A stretch of DNA of 64,000 bases from Camelus ferus (GCF_009834535.1 NC_045696.1:68450001-68514000); one strand, 5' to 3'. Numbered from the stretch's first letter, positions 1 through 12,260 are shown. Notes: generated by a model not told the origin, from the letters alone. Made by a program: numbers and translations.

Positions 1-670
1 TGCTGGGCTCATCCCTCAGGTGATTAAGCAGAAGATGCACAGTGAGTTGGAATCAGTGTTGACTTGGGGCGACAGTTAGGCTAAATGACTCTAAGGTCCC
101 TCTCAAGCTTGAGATGTTCTAAGACCCCATCCCATTTAGAAACTGGTTTCGACCTGTGGGGAGAGGTCAGGAGTACGGGTCTGCTATGAATATCAAGAGA
201 GAAGGGCATGATCACGCAAGTCTGGGGCCATTTTGTGTAGAGCTGGGCAGCTCCCATAGCCCTAAACTGAGCTGATTCGAGGGGCGGCTGGTGTCCATCT
301 CTTTTTTCCCAGCCCACCTGGCTTGGGGTTTCACACACATCATTTTCTGAGGGTGGGACTATCCCTCATCTCCCACTGTTCCTACCTGGAGCTCCCTATC
401 CTTCAGCCACATGGAGAAATTCATTTCCCAAACACAGCAGCGTCTTTGACTACACCACGCCCCCTGCTTAGCATGTCTTTTTCCTCCTACTCTCCCCCAA
501 CCCTGGAAACTCTTTAAAAACCATCCATCCATGAGTTTCCTCCTCCTGGAAAACTGTGAGCATCTGTACAGGTTTGTTGAATGGTGGAGTGAGAGAGTGA
601 GTGTGTCATTAAGGGTTCCAGTCGTTTTTCGAGCTCTCCTGACGCCTGGATTTTAAGACAGTTATTCCAG

Positions 671-701
671 TGCAGTCTAGCAAATAGCCACCAGGTGGCA
701 G
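671..701 (+). promoter_or_regulatory. Candidate CTCF site with upstream motif
   Basis: TGCAGT upstream motif followed by core TAGCCACCAGGTGGCAG. Confidence 0.65.
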
Positions 702-2279
702 GGTAGGCCAAGCCGTGAAGGCCACAGGTACCTCTTCTTGAAAAGTAGGAAGGTGTAGATGGAGTCAGTGCCATTTTTTCCAGTTGGCCTCCTATGCCTT
801 TTTGCCTGTTCCCTTCCTGCAATCCTCTTCTTCATCTCAGCGAAGCCATCCAACAGAATCGGTTACAGGATGTGATTTGAGGTCCTCTGGCCACCAAACC
901 TCTCCTTCAGAGACCTACCTGGGTGTGTCGATTTCCACTGAGAAAGTCATTCGAGTCTCGGGTTGCAGTTCTCCTTGGAAATGAGGGAGTCATGTGCCAA
1001 TTCTCAGGCGAAAGAAACCAATCCCTGGCAGAACCCTGGAGTGAGGCAGAGGCTTATGGGAGGATTAGTAAGTATAACTAACTTTAGCGATCACCGGGGG
1101 CTGTCATTTCCAAGTGCTCACTTAATCCTCACCATGACCTTGCCAGTCAGGGAGGAAAGAACCCCATCGGGCAGATGAAGAATCTGAGGTTCAGAAAGGA
1201 GAACACATGAGGAGGGAGTGGCAGGCTGGGAATGAACCTCTGCTTCTGACTGGCGATCAGGGGCTCAGCTCCCTCCAGCAGCACCTTCGTGTGTGGGCGG
1301 GTGGATTAAAAGTTAAGCTCACATCATCACACTACCTTCACACGCCCTAGTGCACGGCTCTTCCAACTGCACAACGCAGGCTGAGGACAGAGTTCAGGGT
1401 CTCAGAACTGCAATTCTCTTCAGATTTAAATCACAAATTCTGAATGGAGACAGAGAGGAAGCCACCAGGCATGCTGTGGGGCTCGCCCCCCATGTCAGAG
1501 TGTTGCCCTGAACTCAGGTGCCCGGTACCAGATGGCTACCTCATTCCTCCCCTTCGATGCTGAGGGCCTGGTGGAGGCCCTAAGCTTTGCTCCCCTGTTT
1601 ATATTCAGTGACCCTGGGAAGCTGTGGGTGGAGGACATCATCTAACCCCTACTGACCCGGGCTCGGCCAGTGAGATCCAGGACAAACAGCTCTGGCTTTG
1701 GCTCAGGGTCACTGGCCTTGGTCAGGAAGAGTCTTCTCCGTGGTCCTCAGTTTCTGGCTATAAATGAAAAGATTGCCCAGGATGGTGTCCCAGGCATGGA
1801 GAAACCATGACTCTGGCTTTTCCAGGCTATGTAGCTGGGAGACAGAGATGGATGATTCCTCCCGCTGGAGGTGTCCTGAGAATAGAAATCAGGCATTTGG
1901 ACCACAGAGTTCTGAGTGCTGGAGGCCAGCCCTTTCTCATCTGGTGCTGCCAGTGTTCCCTGTACCCAGCAGACCAACATTCACACATCTGGGCTTTGAG
2001 GCTTCCCTAACATTCGTCTAATATTTTCACGATTCAAGAAGGGCTTACAAAAACTCTCACTTATTTACAGTTCACACAAAGCTCAAAGTTCTTATGTATT
2101 TAGCAGTTTCATATCTTTACTGAGGCACCATCTTTCTTTTCAAAACTAGCACTTGTTGCTGTGTATTTCATTTTGAAATTAATATAGGTTAAATGCAGAA
2201 AAATCTGAAAACAGCTATGACAAAAATAATAATACGGAATAATATTTATTGAATATCCAAATTGTTTTAGGATCTTTTA

Positions 2280-2481
2280 AAAAAAACTTTTTACTTTTAA
2301 ATTATAGATTCACAGGAAGTCACAAAAATAGTACAGAGAATAGTCTTGTGTCCCTTTCTCCCAGAATCCCCCAGTGAGAACGTATTATGTAACAACAGCA
2401 CAACATCAAAGCCAGGAAGGTGTCGCAGTTGGTATAACCCAGAGATCTCATTCAGATTTCACCTGTACTCATTTGTGTGTT

Positions 2482-2514
<33 letters not shown>

Positions 2515-2730
2515 ATCTCTATACAGTTTTATCTCCTGTGTGGATTTATGGTCACCACCACAATCAACATACACAACTGTGTCATCACCACAAAGCTCCT
2601 TCAGGCTAACCCTCCATAGTTATACCCACTTGTCCCCTTCATCTCTAACCCCTGGCAACCCCTAATCTGTCTTCCATCTGTATGGTTTTGTCATTTTGTG
2701 GGTGTTCCATAAATAAAATATAATAAAAGC
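2280..2730 (-). mobile_element. Old L1 (L1M-type) 3' fragment containing a (TG)n tract at about 2489-2514
   Basis: Typical antisense L1M 3' UTR motifs (TTATAGATTCACAGGAAG..., CCCTGGCAACCCCTAATCTG...). Confidence 0.7.
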
Positions 2731-2759
2731 TTTATAATATAATGGAATAATAATTATAA

Positions 2760-2985
2760 ATAACATTTATTGAGCATTCACTGTGGGCCAGGAATTGTCT
2801 TCAGCTCTGTACAAGTATGAGCTCATTGATCCTCTCAGTAACTCATTGCAATGGTCCCTGTTACTATCCCTGCTTTACAGACGTGGAGACAGATAATCAT
2901 CCAATTTTACTCAGCAAGTAACTGGCCGAACTGGGATTAAAATCCAGATCTGGTGTTAAGAGTTTCAGGTTTTAATTCTAATGTT
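2760..2985 (-). mobile_element. MIR SINE
   Basis: TAACATTTATTGAGC...CTTTACAGACGTGGAGAC MIR-like motifs. Confidence 0.65.
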
Positions 2986-4399
2986 ATATTAGCTTTCTGA
3001 ATATATTTAAGACAAATTTTTAAAAACTAAATAGAGAAGAGTTGAATAAAGGAAGAACAACAGTAGCCTCAGAAAATGTCAAAGGTTTGGTACCAAACTG
3101 ACCACATTCTTGCAAAACAGTGCAATTAAGTTCAAAATCGATAGTGAAAAGGAAACTGGGAAAATTCCATTTGTCTGTAAAGGAGAAAAAACAACCACCC
3201 TTAAAACAATTCACAGGTCAAAGAAGAAGAGAGCAGGAGTTTATTTTAGCAAGAGAGCCAAAGGTTCACAGATAGGATGTCATTGCAGTGGAAGTGTGGT
3301 TATTTCAAAGCCCAGAACAAAGGCAACACTCTGCTGCCTCAGACTGAATCCAGGAGGCGGGGCTGTGTTTTGGTCATCCCGCTAGCCTCAGAGCCTCACC
3401 TGACACTCTGCACTAGCAGGGAGTCACTGACTGTTTACTAATGGACTAAGAAACAGACCCTGCTCTGGACAATGCTGAGATTCCCTTGAGTCTTAAGTAC
3501 AGACAAAGCCAGAAGAAGGTGTGGGCCACCAGAAACAAAAGCACACCAAAACAAGGACAGAGATGCTCGAAGTTACAAGGATGGACATCTGTTATTAGGG
3601 CTGGTGACAGCACTTCGCTTTCCATGGTGCCTCTAGCCACCAAATTCTCAGCAGTGAATAGGGCTGGGGAGGGGAGTACTTTTGACCTTTGGAAACAGAA
3701 AATCGATGCTCAGGAATGAAAGTGATTGATTCGGGGTTATTACAAGTTTGAGATAAGAAGCAAGGTCTCCTGGCTCTCCATAGAGAGCTTTATGCCAAGG
3801 GTAGACCGTTCACATTGCCAGAGACAATTTGCCTGAACTTCCAGGAATTCTTAGGTTGAAAACTCAGAAATATTTACAAAGGCTTTCTGACTTTGCTAGA
3901 ATCATGGAGAGAATCATCAGTTACCAAATTATGGCCTCATATCACAAATTAATCACTTTTGCAGTCTTTAATAAAGCTTCCTCCTTGTGTCATTTTTCAC
4001 ACAGAGGCAGTGTTGTAATGATGTCACTGTGTGTGCAGTAGCTTGCGCAAGCCCCAAGGAGATGTTGCAGCCGAGATGCTGATGCTGGCGTCAGATGGGG
4101 CACTGAGTGAGCATAACACAGGCTCAAGAACAAGGCTCTGTGTCTCACAGACATTATGTACCAAACTGGAGACAATGCTTTACATCATGAGACATCATAG
4201 GTACTATAAAACACTATGATCCATTTTAAATTAAATACGTTCTATAAATTCTAAATTTTTACCAATAAGAACTTGATTAAAAAAATGAAGGGCTGGGGAA
4301 GGTGGGGAGAAGAGAATGTGGAACTTTTGTTCATTCATTTATTTCTGTATTGCTTGACCTTTTACAAGTTTATTCTTTTAAAACTGGGCATAGGGAAAG

Positions 4400-4650
4400 G
4401 CTTAGTGGGTAAAAGTACATAGTGAGCCAGGCTGTTTGGGTCCAGATCCCGGAACTGTCACTTATTAATTATGTGCCTAAATTACTTAGCCTTTTGTTGT
4501 CTCAATTTAATCATATGTAAAATGGGGATAATAATTATAGTATCGACCTCATATAGTTCTTGTGTGTGTAAATGAATTAACACATGTAAAGCCCTTAGAA
4601 AAGCTCATCGTGCAAATTAAGCACTTTGTCACTGTTAACTTTTATTATAA
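4400..4650 (+). mobile_element. MIR SINE
   Basis: TCTCAATTTAATCATATGTAAAATGGGGATAATAA core and ATGTAAAGCCCTTAGAA. Confidence 0.7.
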
Positions 4651-7600
4651 TTAAGGTTTACTAGGACTTTCCTCCCAACTAGGCTTTAAAATGAAGAAAT
4701 AGCCTGTTGTTTCCTTTCCCAGTTCCTGATGTCTCAAAGACTCGGTTGCAGCTTCTCCTGTATCTTGCATCATATAAAGTCTCTTGGAAGAATGACCTGG
4801 ACTCCCATGTGGAAACTGCAGCTACCCATGAGTTTGGTGTTGTACTCTGACAAGTTTCCATCAGTAGGTCCCCTTGGACATTGAAACCATTCTGCACTGA
4901 ACCTCAGCGTCTCTTCACCTTTGTGGACTTTGCTTAATTGCCTTGCAGGGACCAAGACAGATTAAGTAACCATAATGACTTTTGCACCTGCTTTGTCTAC
5001 TTCATCCTTACAGAATTTACTCTCTAGTATAAGTTATTTTCAAATTCCCTCTTTCCCATGCTTACTGGCATCAATCCACATTAAGATTTCCCTGTCCTCC
5101 TATATCATCTTTTAAAAACAAGATAGGAGATGTTAGGCAATTTGATGGCTATATCCTGTGGGTATCTGTGTTCGTCTGACAAATGCTCATGTACCAAAGC
5201 AAACTTATAAGGGTTTCTTATTCACATGGACCTTCATTGTGGAAAATAGCCCATAGAAGCTTTATTAACAATACAAGCTAAATAAAAACATTTAATATTC
5301 AGATTCTGAGTATTAATTGCTTTCCTATATAAACTATTTATTTCTCCATTTTCTCATGACGCTAAGTCCAGTAGGTCTCACTTGGCAGAGCAAAACCTTC
5401 TACAGAGTTGTTCTGGATGATAGAGTGAAGGTTCTTCCCATCCCCCCTGCAGAGGGGTCTGGATTTGCAAGAGGCTAGACAGATTAGACTCCCAGAGCTA
5501 GAGTATCCTGGGAGCAGCACTGCGGAGCACCGGCCAATTCCTGGGGAAAGGGAGAGAAAGCAATGCCCTTAACTGGCCTGTTATTGACCTACAAATCTGA
5601 TCACCTAGCTTAAACCAATTCTGTGATTCCACATCCCCTAGAAGACAAAATCTTAATGCTTTGCACGACATTGAAAAATCTTTCATAATCCAGGTCCCTC
5701 ATATCTCTCAGGCCTCAACCCTTACCACTCTCCCCTGTGATCCAGATGTACTAAATGATGGAATTTCAAGAATGATTCTAAATTATTTCATCCTCGAAGT
5801 CTTTGCCAATGATTTCCCTTGCCAATTTTGTTTGTGAGATACAAGTGCATAGTATTTAATTCGATAAAGGAATACAAGTTCATTTACTTATAAAAGTATT
5901 ATCTAGATGAGAAAAATCGCAGCCACGTATAATGAAACTGCCAGTGTGTGATGTGGCCACAGCTACAGCACATTTACACACTAGTGAGCTCCCACACTGC
6001 AGCTGCTGGAGCCACCCACTGTCATTTGCAGAAAAGTGAGGTGACAATTGTGTTCACTGATTGCTTCACAAGCATTTCTTAATGAGAGAAAACAAGGCGG
6101 TTGTACAGAACGATGACTTATATTGGTCTCTGCTTAGAGGGTTCCCACATAAATTAAGCCTGATTCTAGGCTTAAGGGGATTGCATCATTTGAGTAAAAA
6201 CAGACCCTGACAATTCTCACCCTCTATCTTCTTGTTTTTCCTTCATTGTCATTTGTTCTGGGAACAATGACACAATATTTTCCAGAGAATCACTCCTGGC
6301 ATGTGGCTTTAGGCTGGGCCATAAACACCTTGATTCATTCAATTTCTGGGAACTCCTGGGTCCCCCCATCTCACCTGGCTGGTAACTGACTTCTGAGAGG
6401 GCCCCGTGAGGTGTGAGCAGCCCAGTCCTGAGGCCAGGCATTTTCTTGGCCAAGGAATTTCCCACTTCTGGGCCTGAGTTGTCTTAATTCAGTGTCAAGA
6501 GATTTCAGTTAAGAGATGGTGAGTTCAAGGAAGAAATCAAATTTGAAAAATAAAAGGCCCTTCTATAGCTCTCAGTGAGGGGCTCTGAGACACAGTCTTG
6601 TCCTTTCCGAGGTCTTCAGCACACAGCTGGCGGAGAACACTTCCCCACTCCCCACTGCAGGAGGGGTTGTGGTGGTGGTGTCCCTGACCCCATCCCATGC
6701 GATCACCACTTGGAGGCAACGGCCGAGTCTGGAACTCAACACTGAAAGCTCTCCTTCTGGTTCCCAGCAACTCTTTTCAATTCTGCATTCTCTTCGCGCT
6801 GTGATCTGATTTCCAGGTGAAAGAACCATAAGATGATTACAGCTTAGATGTTAGCTAGTACACCTCCCCTGTGGGGGCGAGAAGACGGAGTTCCTCTATG
6901 GGGAATGATTGGATTCTAAGATCACGCAGACCTTGGGGCAAAGCTGCAGTTGGCTGTCGAATAGCCTGGTCTTTTCCCTGCTGGTTGAGGCTGCCTCTCT
7001 CCGGTGACTGTACCTCCATTTGGATTATGCAAATTTGGAGCCAAGTTCCCTTCTAGTGTCTAAAATATTTAAATTGGGCATCAGGGAGCTGTGGTGCCCT
7101 GTCGCCAGGCCTCTTAGCAGCAGCGCAGGTGGCAGGAGACTGCAGCTCAGGACCGTGTTCCCCCCGCAGCTGCCTGGGACCAGGAACCAAATATGAGCTT
7201 TAACAATTGCATGACTTTATGGATCTGAAAGGTTATCACTGTGTTTCTCACATCACCTGAAGTTACTTTATTGCACCACCTGGTCTGTGATCTCAAAGGG
7301 ACCACGTGGTATTTCTCTCTCAATCCTTATGTGTCAGGAGCTCAGTGGTACTGCAGCAAATGAACACAAGTGCTTGGTTTCAGAAGACCTGCATCTGAAT
7401 CTTGGATGAGTCACTTAGAGTTTAGTGTGTAAACCTCAGCTTCCTGATCTGGATGAAAGGGGAAAGAATCCCTGACTTGCCAACACACAAGTCACGCAGC
7501 TAGTGCTTGGCACATGATAAATGGTGGTCCAGCTCATCATGGGGTGTGGGAGCCCCGCATTTCCTTGCCCCTGCTTCTCCTTGGCCCCCTAGGGTATCAC

Positions 7601-7832
7601 AGTTACCATCGCACGTGACGTGGAGAATGCTTGGAAGAGCAGGGGTGAAACAGGACCATGAAATCGTCCCTGCCTCCTGGAGACCCCCGCGGGCCTGGTG
7701 AGTGTGGTCTGGGACTGCGTCTCCCACCTCACTCACTGCTCTTAGTGTCACCGCCCAGCCTTACCTCCCTAGCCTAGCTCGGGGCCCTGGCACACTCCTT
7801 TGGGACTTCCCTCTTCCCCAGCCCCAGCCCCA

Positions 7833-7846
7833 GCTGCCATGGTAAC
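7833..7846 (+). promoter_or_regulatory. Candidate RFX X-box upstream of RTP2
   Basis: GCTGCCATGGTAAC versus consensus GTTGCCATGGCAAC. Confidence 0.5.
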
Positions 7847-8005
7847 AGGTTCCAGGGTGACGAAGGAGGTTGCTGGGTCCTGTTTCCTTCTGGTCCTGTC
7901 AGTGTGGATTTTCAGACCTCAGACACTGTGCTGCTCTGCCCCTACCCGACCATCCTGTGTCCTCCCTTGGGTCGAGTCCAAACTTCCAGCCTTGCCAGCA
8001 GGACC

Positions 8006-8169
8006 ATGTGTACCAGCCTGACCACTTGCGAGTGGAAAAAAGTCTTCTATGAGAAGATGGAGGTGGCAAAGCCAGCTGACAGCTGGGAACTCATCATAGA
8101 CCCCAACCTCAAGCCCAATGAGCTGGCCCCCGGCTGGAAGCAGTACCTGGAGCAGCACGCCTCGGGCAG
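8006..8169 (+). CDS. RTP2: Receptor transporting protein 2, coding exon 1
   Basis: ACCATGT start. Translation MCTSLTTCEWKKVFYEKMEVAKPADSWELIIDPNLKPNELAPGWKQYLEQHASG matches the RTP2 N-terminus. Donor CAG|GTGAGA after 8169 (phase 2). Confidence 0.96.
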
Positions 8170-10976
8170 GTGAGAGGTGGGGTGGGGGGGTGGGGGCTAC
8201 TGGGCAGCCCTGCAGCACAGCCCCCGGGACAGCTTCCAAGGGCAGGCAGAGATACCTGGAGCCCGACGCTGGGGTCAGCTCAGGTTAGGAGGCAGAGAAG
8301 GAACTGCCAGGTGGGTGGAACAGGCCTGGGTCCTAATCCCGGCTGTACTACTGACTCCTGGATGATCCTGGCAAGTCATGTTCTGTCTTTGGGTCTTGGC
8401 TTGCCACAGTAAACAAAGAGTTGTAATTCTTCAATGCCCCTGCAATCTCTGACATTTTCAACGTTTTTATCTTTTTGTAACTTCTTAAAGATTGGTAGGG
8501 ACTGAGGCCATGAGATCTACTAGGGAAAGTCTTAGCTCTGCTCCAAGGTCTGTTCAGTGGACTCAGTACAATTAGATTTGAGTACAAAAAAACTTTATTG
8601 TCCACCTGCTACGTTCTGGAAACTGGCTTCCCAGCTAACCACCACTGTGAATTTGGGCGAGTCCTTTTCCTTCTGTGGTCTAAGTTTTGCAAAGTCAGGG
8701 AGTTGGCCTTAGGTGATCCCTCAAGTCCCTTTTACCTATGGGTCTGTGACAAAAAGACTTAGCTTTGGCCAGGAGTTCCAAAGGTCCTTAGGGCCCAGCA
8801 TCTCATACATTATAGCAGCCACATGTCTGTCATACAGCAGAGTCCTTGAGGTCAAGAGGACATGGCCATCTGAAGCCACATGCCTCTCCCTTTTTTAGAC
8901 CAGTGGTTTGGGATTGAGGCCACAGAATGCCCTGCCCAAGCTGCCTCAAGCTCATGTCCAGGGTCTGTGCAGGCCTCTTCCCTGGCTCTGTTAATTCAAG
9001 AACAGACAGTAACTCTAGGCCCCTAGGGAGGAAAACAGGTGGCTGTGTCCTGGGGGTGTGGACACACAGACTGGGCTGTTCACACCTGCTTGCATGTGAA
9101 GCACCTCGCGGTGCTGGGGGCGGGTCCTGAAGGAGGCAGGCTGTGGGTGGGGAGTTTACATTGTACTCTTGTCCCAAGATCTGCAAATATTAGATTGAAG
9201 CTGCCTTTGGGACAAAAGACAGAGAGACAGAGGTTGGTTGATTCATTTCAATTCAAATCCATTCGAGAGACATCTCTTGGGCATCTGTTCTGTGCTGGGT
9301 CCCTGCTCTGTCTCTGACTAGCTGTGTGTGTGCAGAGAGCTCTCTTTCTCTCTGTGATTCTGTCTCATCTCAGTAGAATGAAAGGCTGACTAGATGATCC
9401 TAAGATCCCCTCCCACTAGATCTGGTGGTTTAGGATTTAAGATCTGAGGTCTGGCTTGAGGGAGGGGAAACAACTCTGGACTGGCTTGATTAAAAGATGG
9501 AGAAGGACGAGACTGCCGATGTGAAGCTCTGTGCTGGCTGGTGGGAGAGGTGCAGGGGCCCAGGGATTGGGGGGGCTGAGTTCCACAGGCTTGTGACTCC
9601 TCTTGCCTTAGGGCTCAGATGGTCCTATTCTTGGCAGGTGACCCGTGGCTCCCAGTTGGCCTCAGGCAGGACTGGGGAAGCACCACCCTTGTGCATATTC
9701 TATGCAGAGGCTTACCTCATCTGTAAGCCATGGGATGCATGGTGCCCTGCAGCTCTGGCCCACCATCAGGGGGACACCATCTTCTGGCTCAGGACCAATC
9801 AGGCTGCTCTGGCTGAGCAACCCTGCCTTGGGCTGTGCTGAGTACTGTTCTGCGCTTTTGTTGCCCAGGGTTCATCTCCACCCCACAGGCTGGGCTGCGT
9901 GATGTTTGGCATACAGTAGGCGCTGGGTGGTATCTATTGGATTTAATTGAAATCCTCATCCGAGATCCTTCAGGGCCATGACAGGTGTCCCAGGGAGGGT
10001 CAGCAGTGAAGGCAGACTCAACCCAGTGGACCCTGGACTGCCTTAAAACCTTGGTAACAGGCACCTGGAAGAAGTTTATCTCAAGGATGGAAGGAGCTGC
10101 CCTGGAGGTAATGAGTTCTCTGTCATTAACAGAGGATGGAGGCTGAGATAAGTCCCAGGCCACTTCCCTCCGTGTTTCCTGAGGCTGGGTCTCTAGGGGG
10201 CCCAGGTGAGACAAAGCAGCCTGTGAGTATGTAAGTGCACGTGTACATATGTGTGTGGAGGGGCTGCAGACCCGGATCCACCTTTCTAGTTTCTGCTGCG
10301 GGGCTGGAGTGGGGTCTAGGGATGATTTGTCAAGGGGCAGGGGAGTGTTCTTTGTGAAGGTGCAGGGACCAAACTCTGCAGTCCTCCTCCTGATGGCCCA
10401 TCGCCCATCCACTTGTCCATCCGGTGGATTCTCGGGGGTTATTCTCCGGGTTATTCTCAGTGGTCTATGTGCTTGGGACAGCTAGAGGCATCTCTTCGCC
10501 CCAGAACAGACAGGATGCAAGAGTGAGACTTGTGGTCATCCCCTGTATCAGAGTCATGGGAGGTCTGAGAGGAAGGATCCTTATTGGACACGATTACCCT
10601 GCATTTCACTGAAGAGAAATAAGGCCCAGATTGGGGGAGTGACCCCCATGCAGCGTCCAGACCCTTGTCCTGAGTGCATCAGGTTTGGGGAGGGCCGCAG
10701 CCACGAGAAAGCGCGCAGGAGGCAAACTGGAGAGCACTGCTGGAAGCCAGATTGCTCCAGCATCTGGCTCTTGAGGATGCTGCTCCAGGCCCAGGGGAGC
10801 TCCCTAGGAGGAGGCAGAGATGCCGGCTTTGGCACCAGTGAACCCAGGAGGCGGTAAACATCCCGCCTCAACTTCCAGGCACAGGCACACAGGGCCCTTC
10901 CTTTCTAGGCTCCTCCAGGCAGGCTGTCACTGGGAGGGAGGCCCACCGTCTACATCCCTGCCTTCCTTCCCTGCAG

Positions 10977-11484
10977 GTTCCACTGCACCTGGTGCTGGCA
11001 CACCTGGCAGTCGGCCAACGTGGTCATCCTCTTCCACATGCACCTGGACCGCGCCCAGCGGGCGGGCTCGGTGCGCATGCGCGTCTTCAAGCAGCTGTGC
11101 TACGAGTGCGGCACGGCGCGGCTGGACGAGTCGAGCATGCTGGAGGAGAACATCGAGAGCCTGGTGGACAACCTCATCACCAGCCTGCGCGAGCAGTGCT
11201 ACGATGAGGACGGCGGCCAGTACCGCATCCTCGTGGCCACCCGCCCGGACAGCGGGCCGCACCGCAGCGAGTTCTGTGAGGCCTGCCAGGAGGGCATCGT
11301 GCACTGGAAGCCCAGCGAGAAGCTGCTGGAGGAGGAGGCGACCTTCTCGGGTGCCTCCAAGTCAAGGGCCCAGGAGGCCTTGGGCTACAACTTCTTCTCC
11401 CTTCGCTGGTGCCTCTTCTGGGCCTCCCTCTGCCTGCTCATTGTCTATCTGCAGTTCTCTTTCCGAAGCTCTGCCTTCCTTTAG
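10977..11484 (+). CDS. RTP2: Receptor transporting protein 2, coding exon 2 (3CxxC zinc-finger domain and C-terminal TM helix)
   Basis: Polypyrimidine tract and CTGCAG|G acceptor. The frame continues R-FHCTWCWHTWQS...LCYECG...HRSEFCEACQEG...WCLFWASLCLLIVYLQFSFRSSAFL*. Spliced CDS is 672 nt = 223 aa plus stop. Confidence 0.96.
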
Positions 11485-12064
11485 TGGAGTTGTTTGCGGG
11501 TGGGAGGAGGGTGCGTGGGCGTGAAAGTGTGGCAGATGCGGTTCTGGTCCCGATTCTGCTACAGATTCAATACACGATGCTGGACAACCCAGTTACCTCT
11601 CTGGACCTCAGTTTATTACTCTGCAGAAGGAGAGGGTTGCTCTAGGAGATATTTAACGATCCTCCCATTAAAATGTACAGTGACTGAGGGGATGAGAGAA
11701 GGGTCTAAAGAAGACATAAATCTCTCCAGGTGTCAGTACTTAACTCACAGGAGTATCTTCTCCCTCCACCTCCTCCAACTCCACCACCACCTCCACCTCC
11801 ATGTCTACCCCTCCTTTTGCTTCATTTCCCTATCCCGTATCCCATTAGGACCCCGTTAGGTCCTGTCTGTCCCTGCCTCATTCTCATGCTCTGATCTTCC
11901 TGCGGTGGTTCCACTTCAGTAGGGCGGTGGCCCCACCCAGCTCATCTTCATTCAATATTCAGTGTGTCATCATCAGGTCCTACCCTGGAGAGCCTGCTGC
12001 CACCATTCTGAAAGGCTCCGTTTTTAACTCTGGTGCTCAAGTCCACTTGCCTGGAGTTATTCAG

Positions 12065-12260
12065 AGCTGCACTGTCCAATATGTTAGCTGTTAGCCATCC
12101 ATATGCGGCTATTTAAATTTATATTAATTAAAATAAAATTTAAAATTCAGTTGCTCAGTCGCACCAGCCACATATCAAGTACTTAGTGGCTGCTGGTTAC
12201 CATGTTGTACTGTGTGGATATGGAACATATTGGCAGAAATTTCTATTGAACAGCACTGGT
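12065..12260. mobile_element. MER3-like hAT-Charlie DNA transposon
   Basis: Termini CTGCACTGTCCAATA...TATTGAACAGCACTG are imperfect inverted repeats, with internal TTAAAATTCAGTTGCTCAGTCGCACCAGCCACAT. Confidence 0.75.

Noticed and set aside
7904..8005. In-frame 34-aa N-terminal extension of RTP2
   Set aside because: It begins at GTG, not ATG. The recognisable RTP2 sequence starts at ATG 8006.
9789..10412. 207-aa minus-strand ORF in the RTP2 intron
   Set aside because: No recognisable domain or coding-like composition. Plausible by chance in GC-rich intron.
10927..11304. 125-aa antisense ORF over RTP2 exon 2
   Set aside because: Antisense mirror of biased codon usage, with no independent support.
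10820..11524. 234-aa + strand ORF in an alternative frame over RTP2 exon 2
   Set aside because: It starts in the intron, and its Ser/Ala/Arg/Pro-rich composition is the expected stop-poor shadow frame of a GC3-rich exon.
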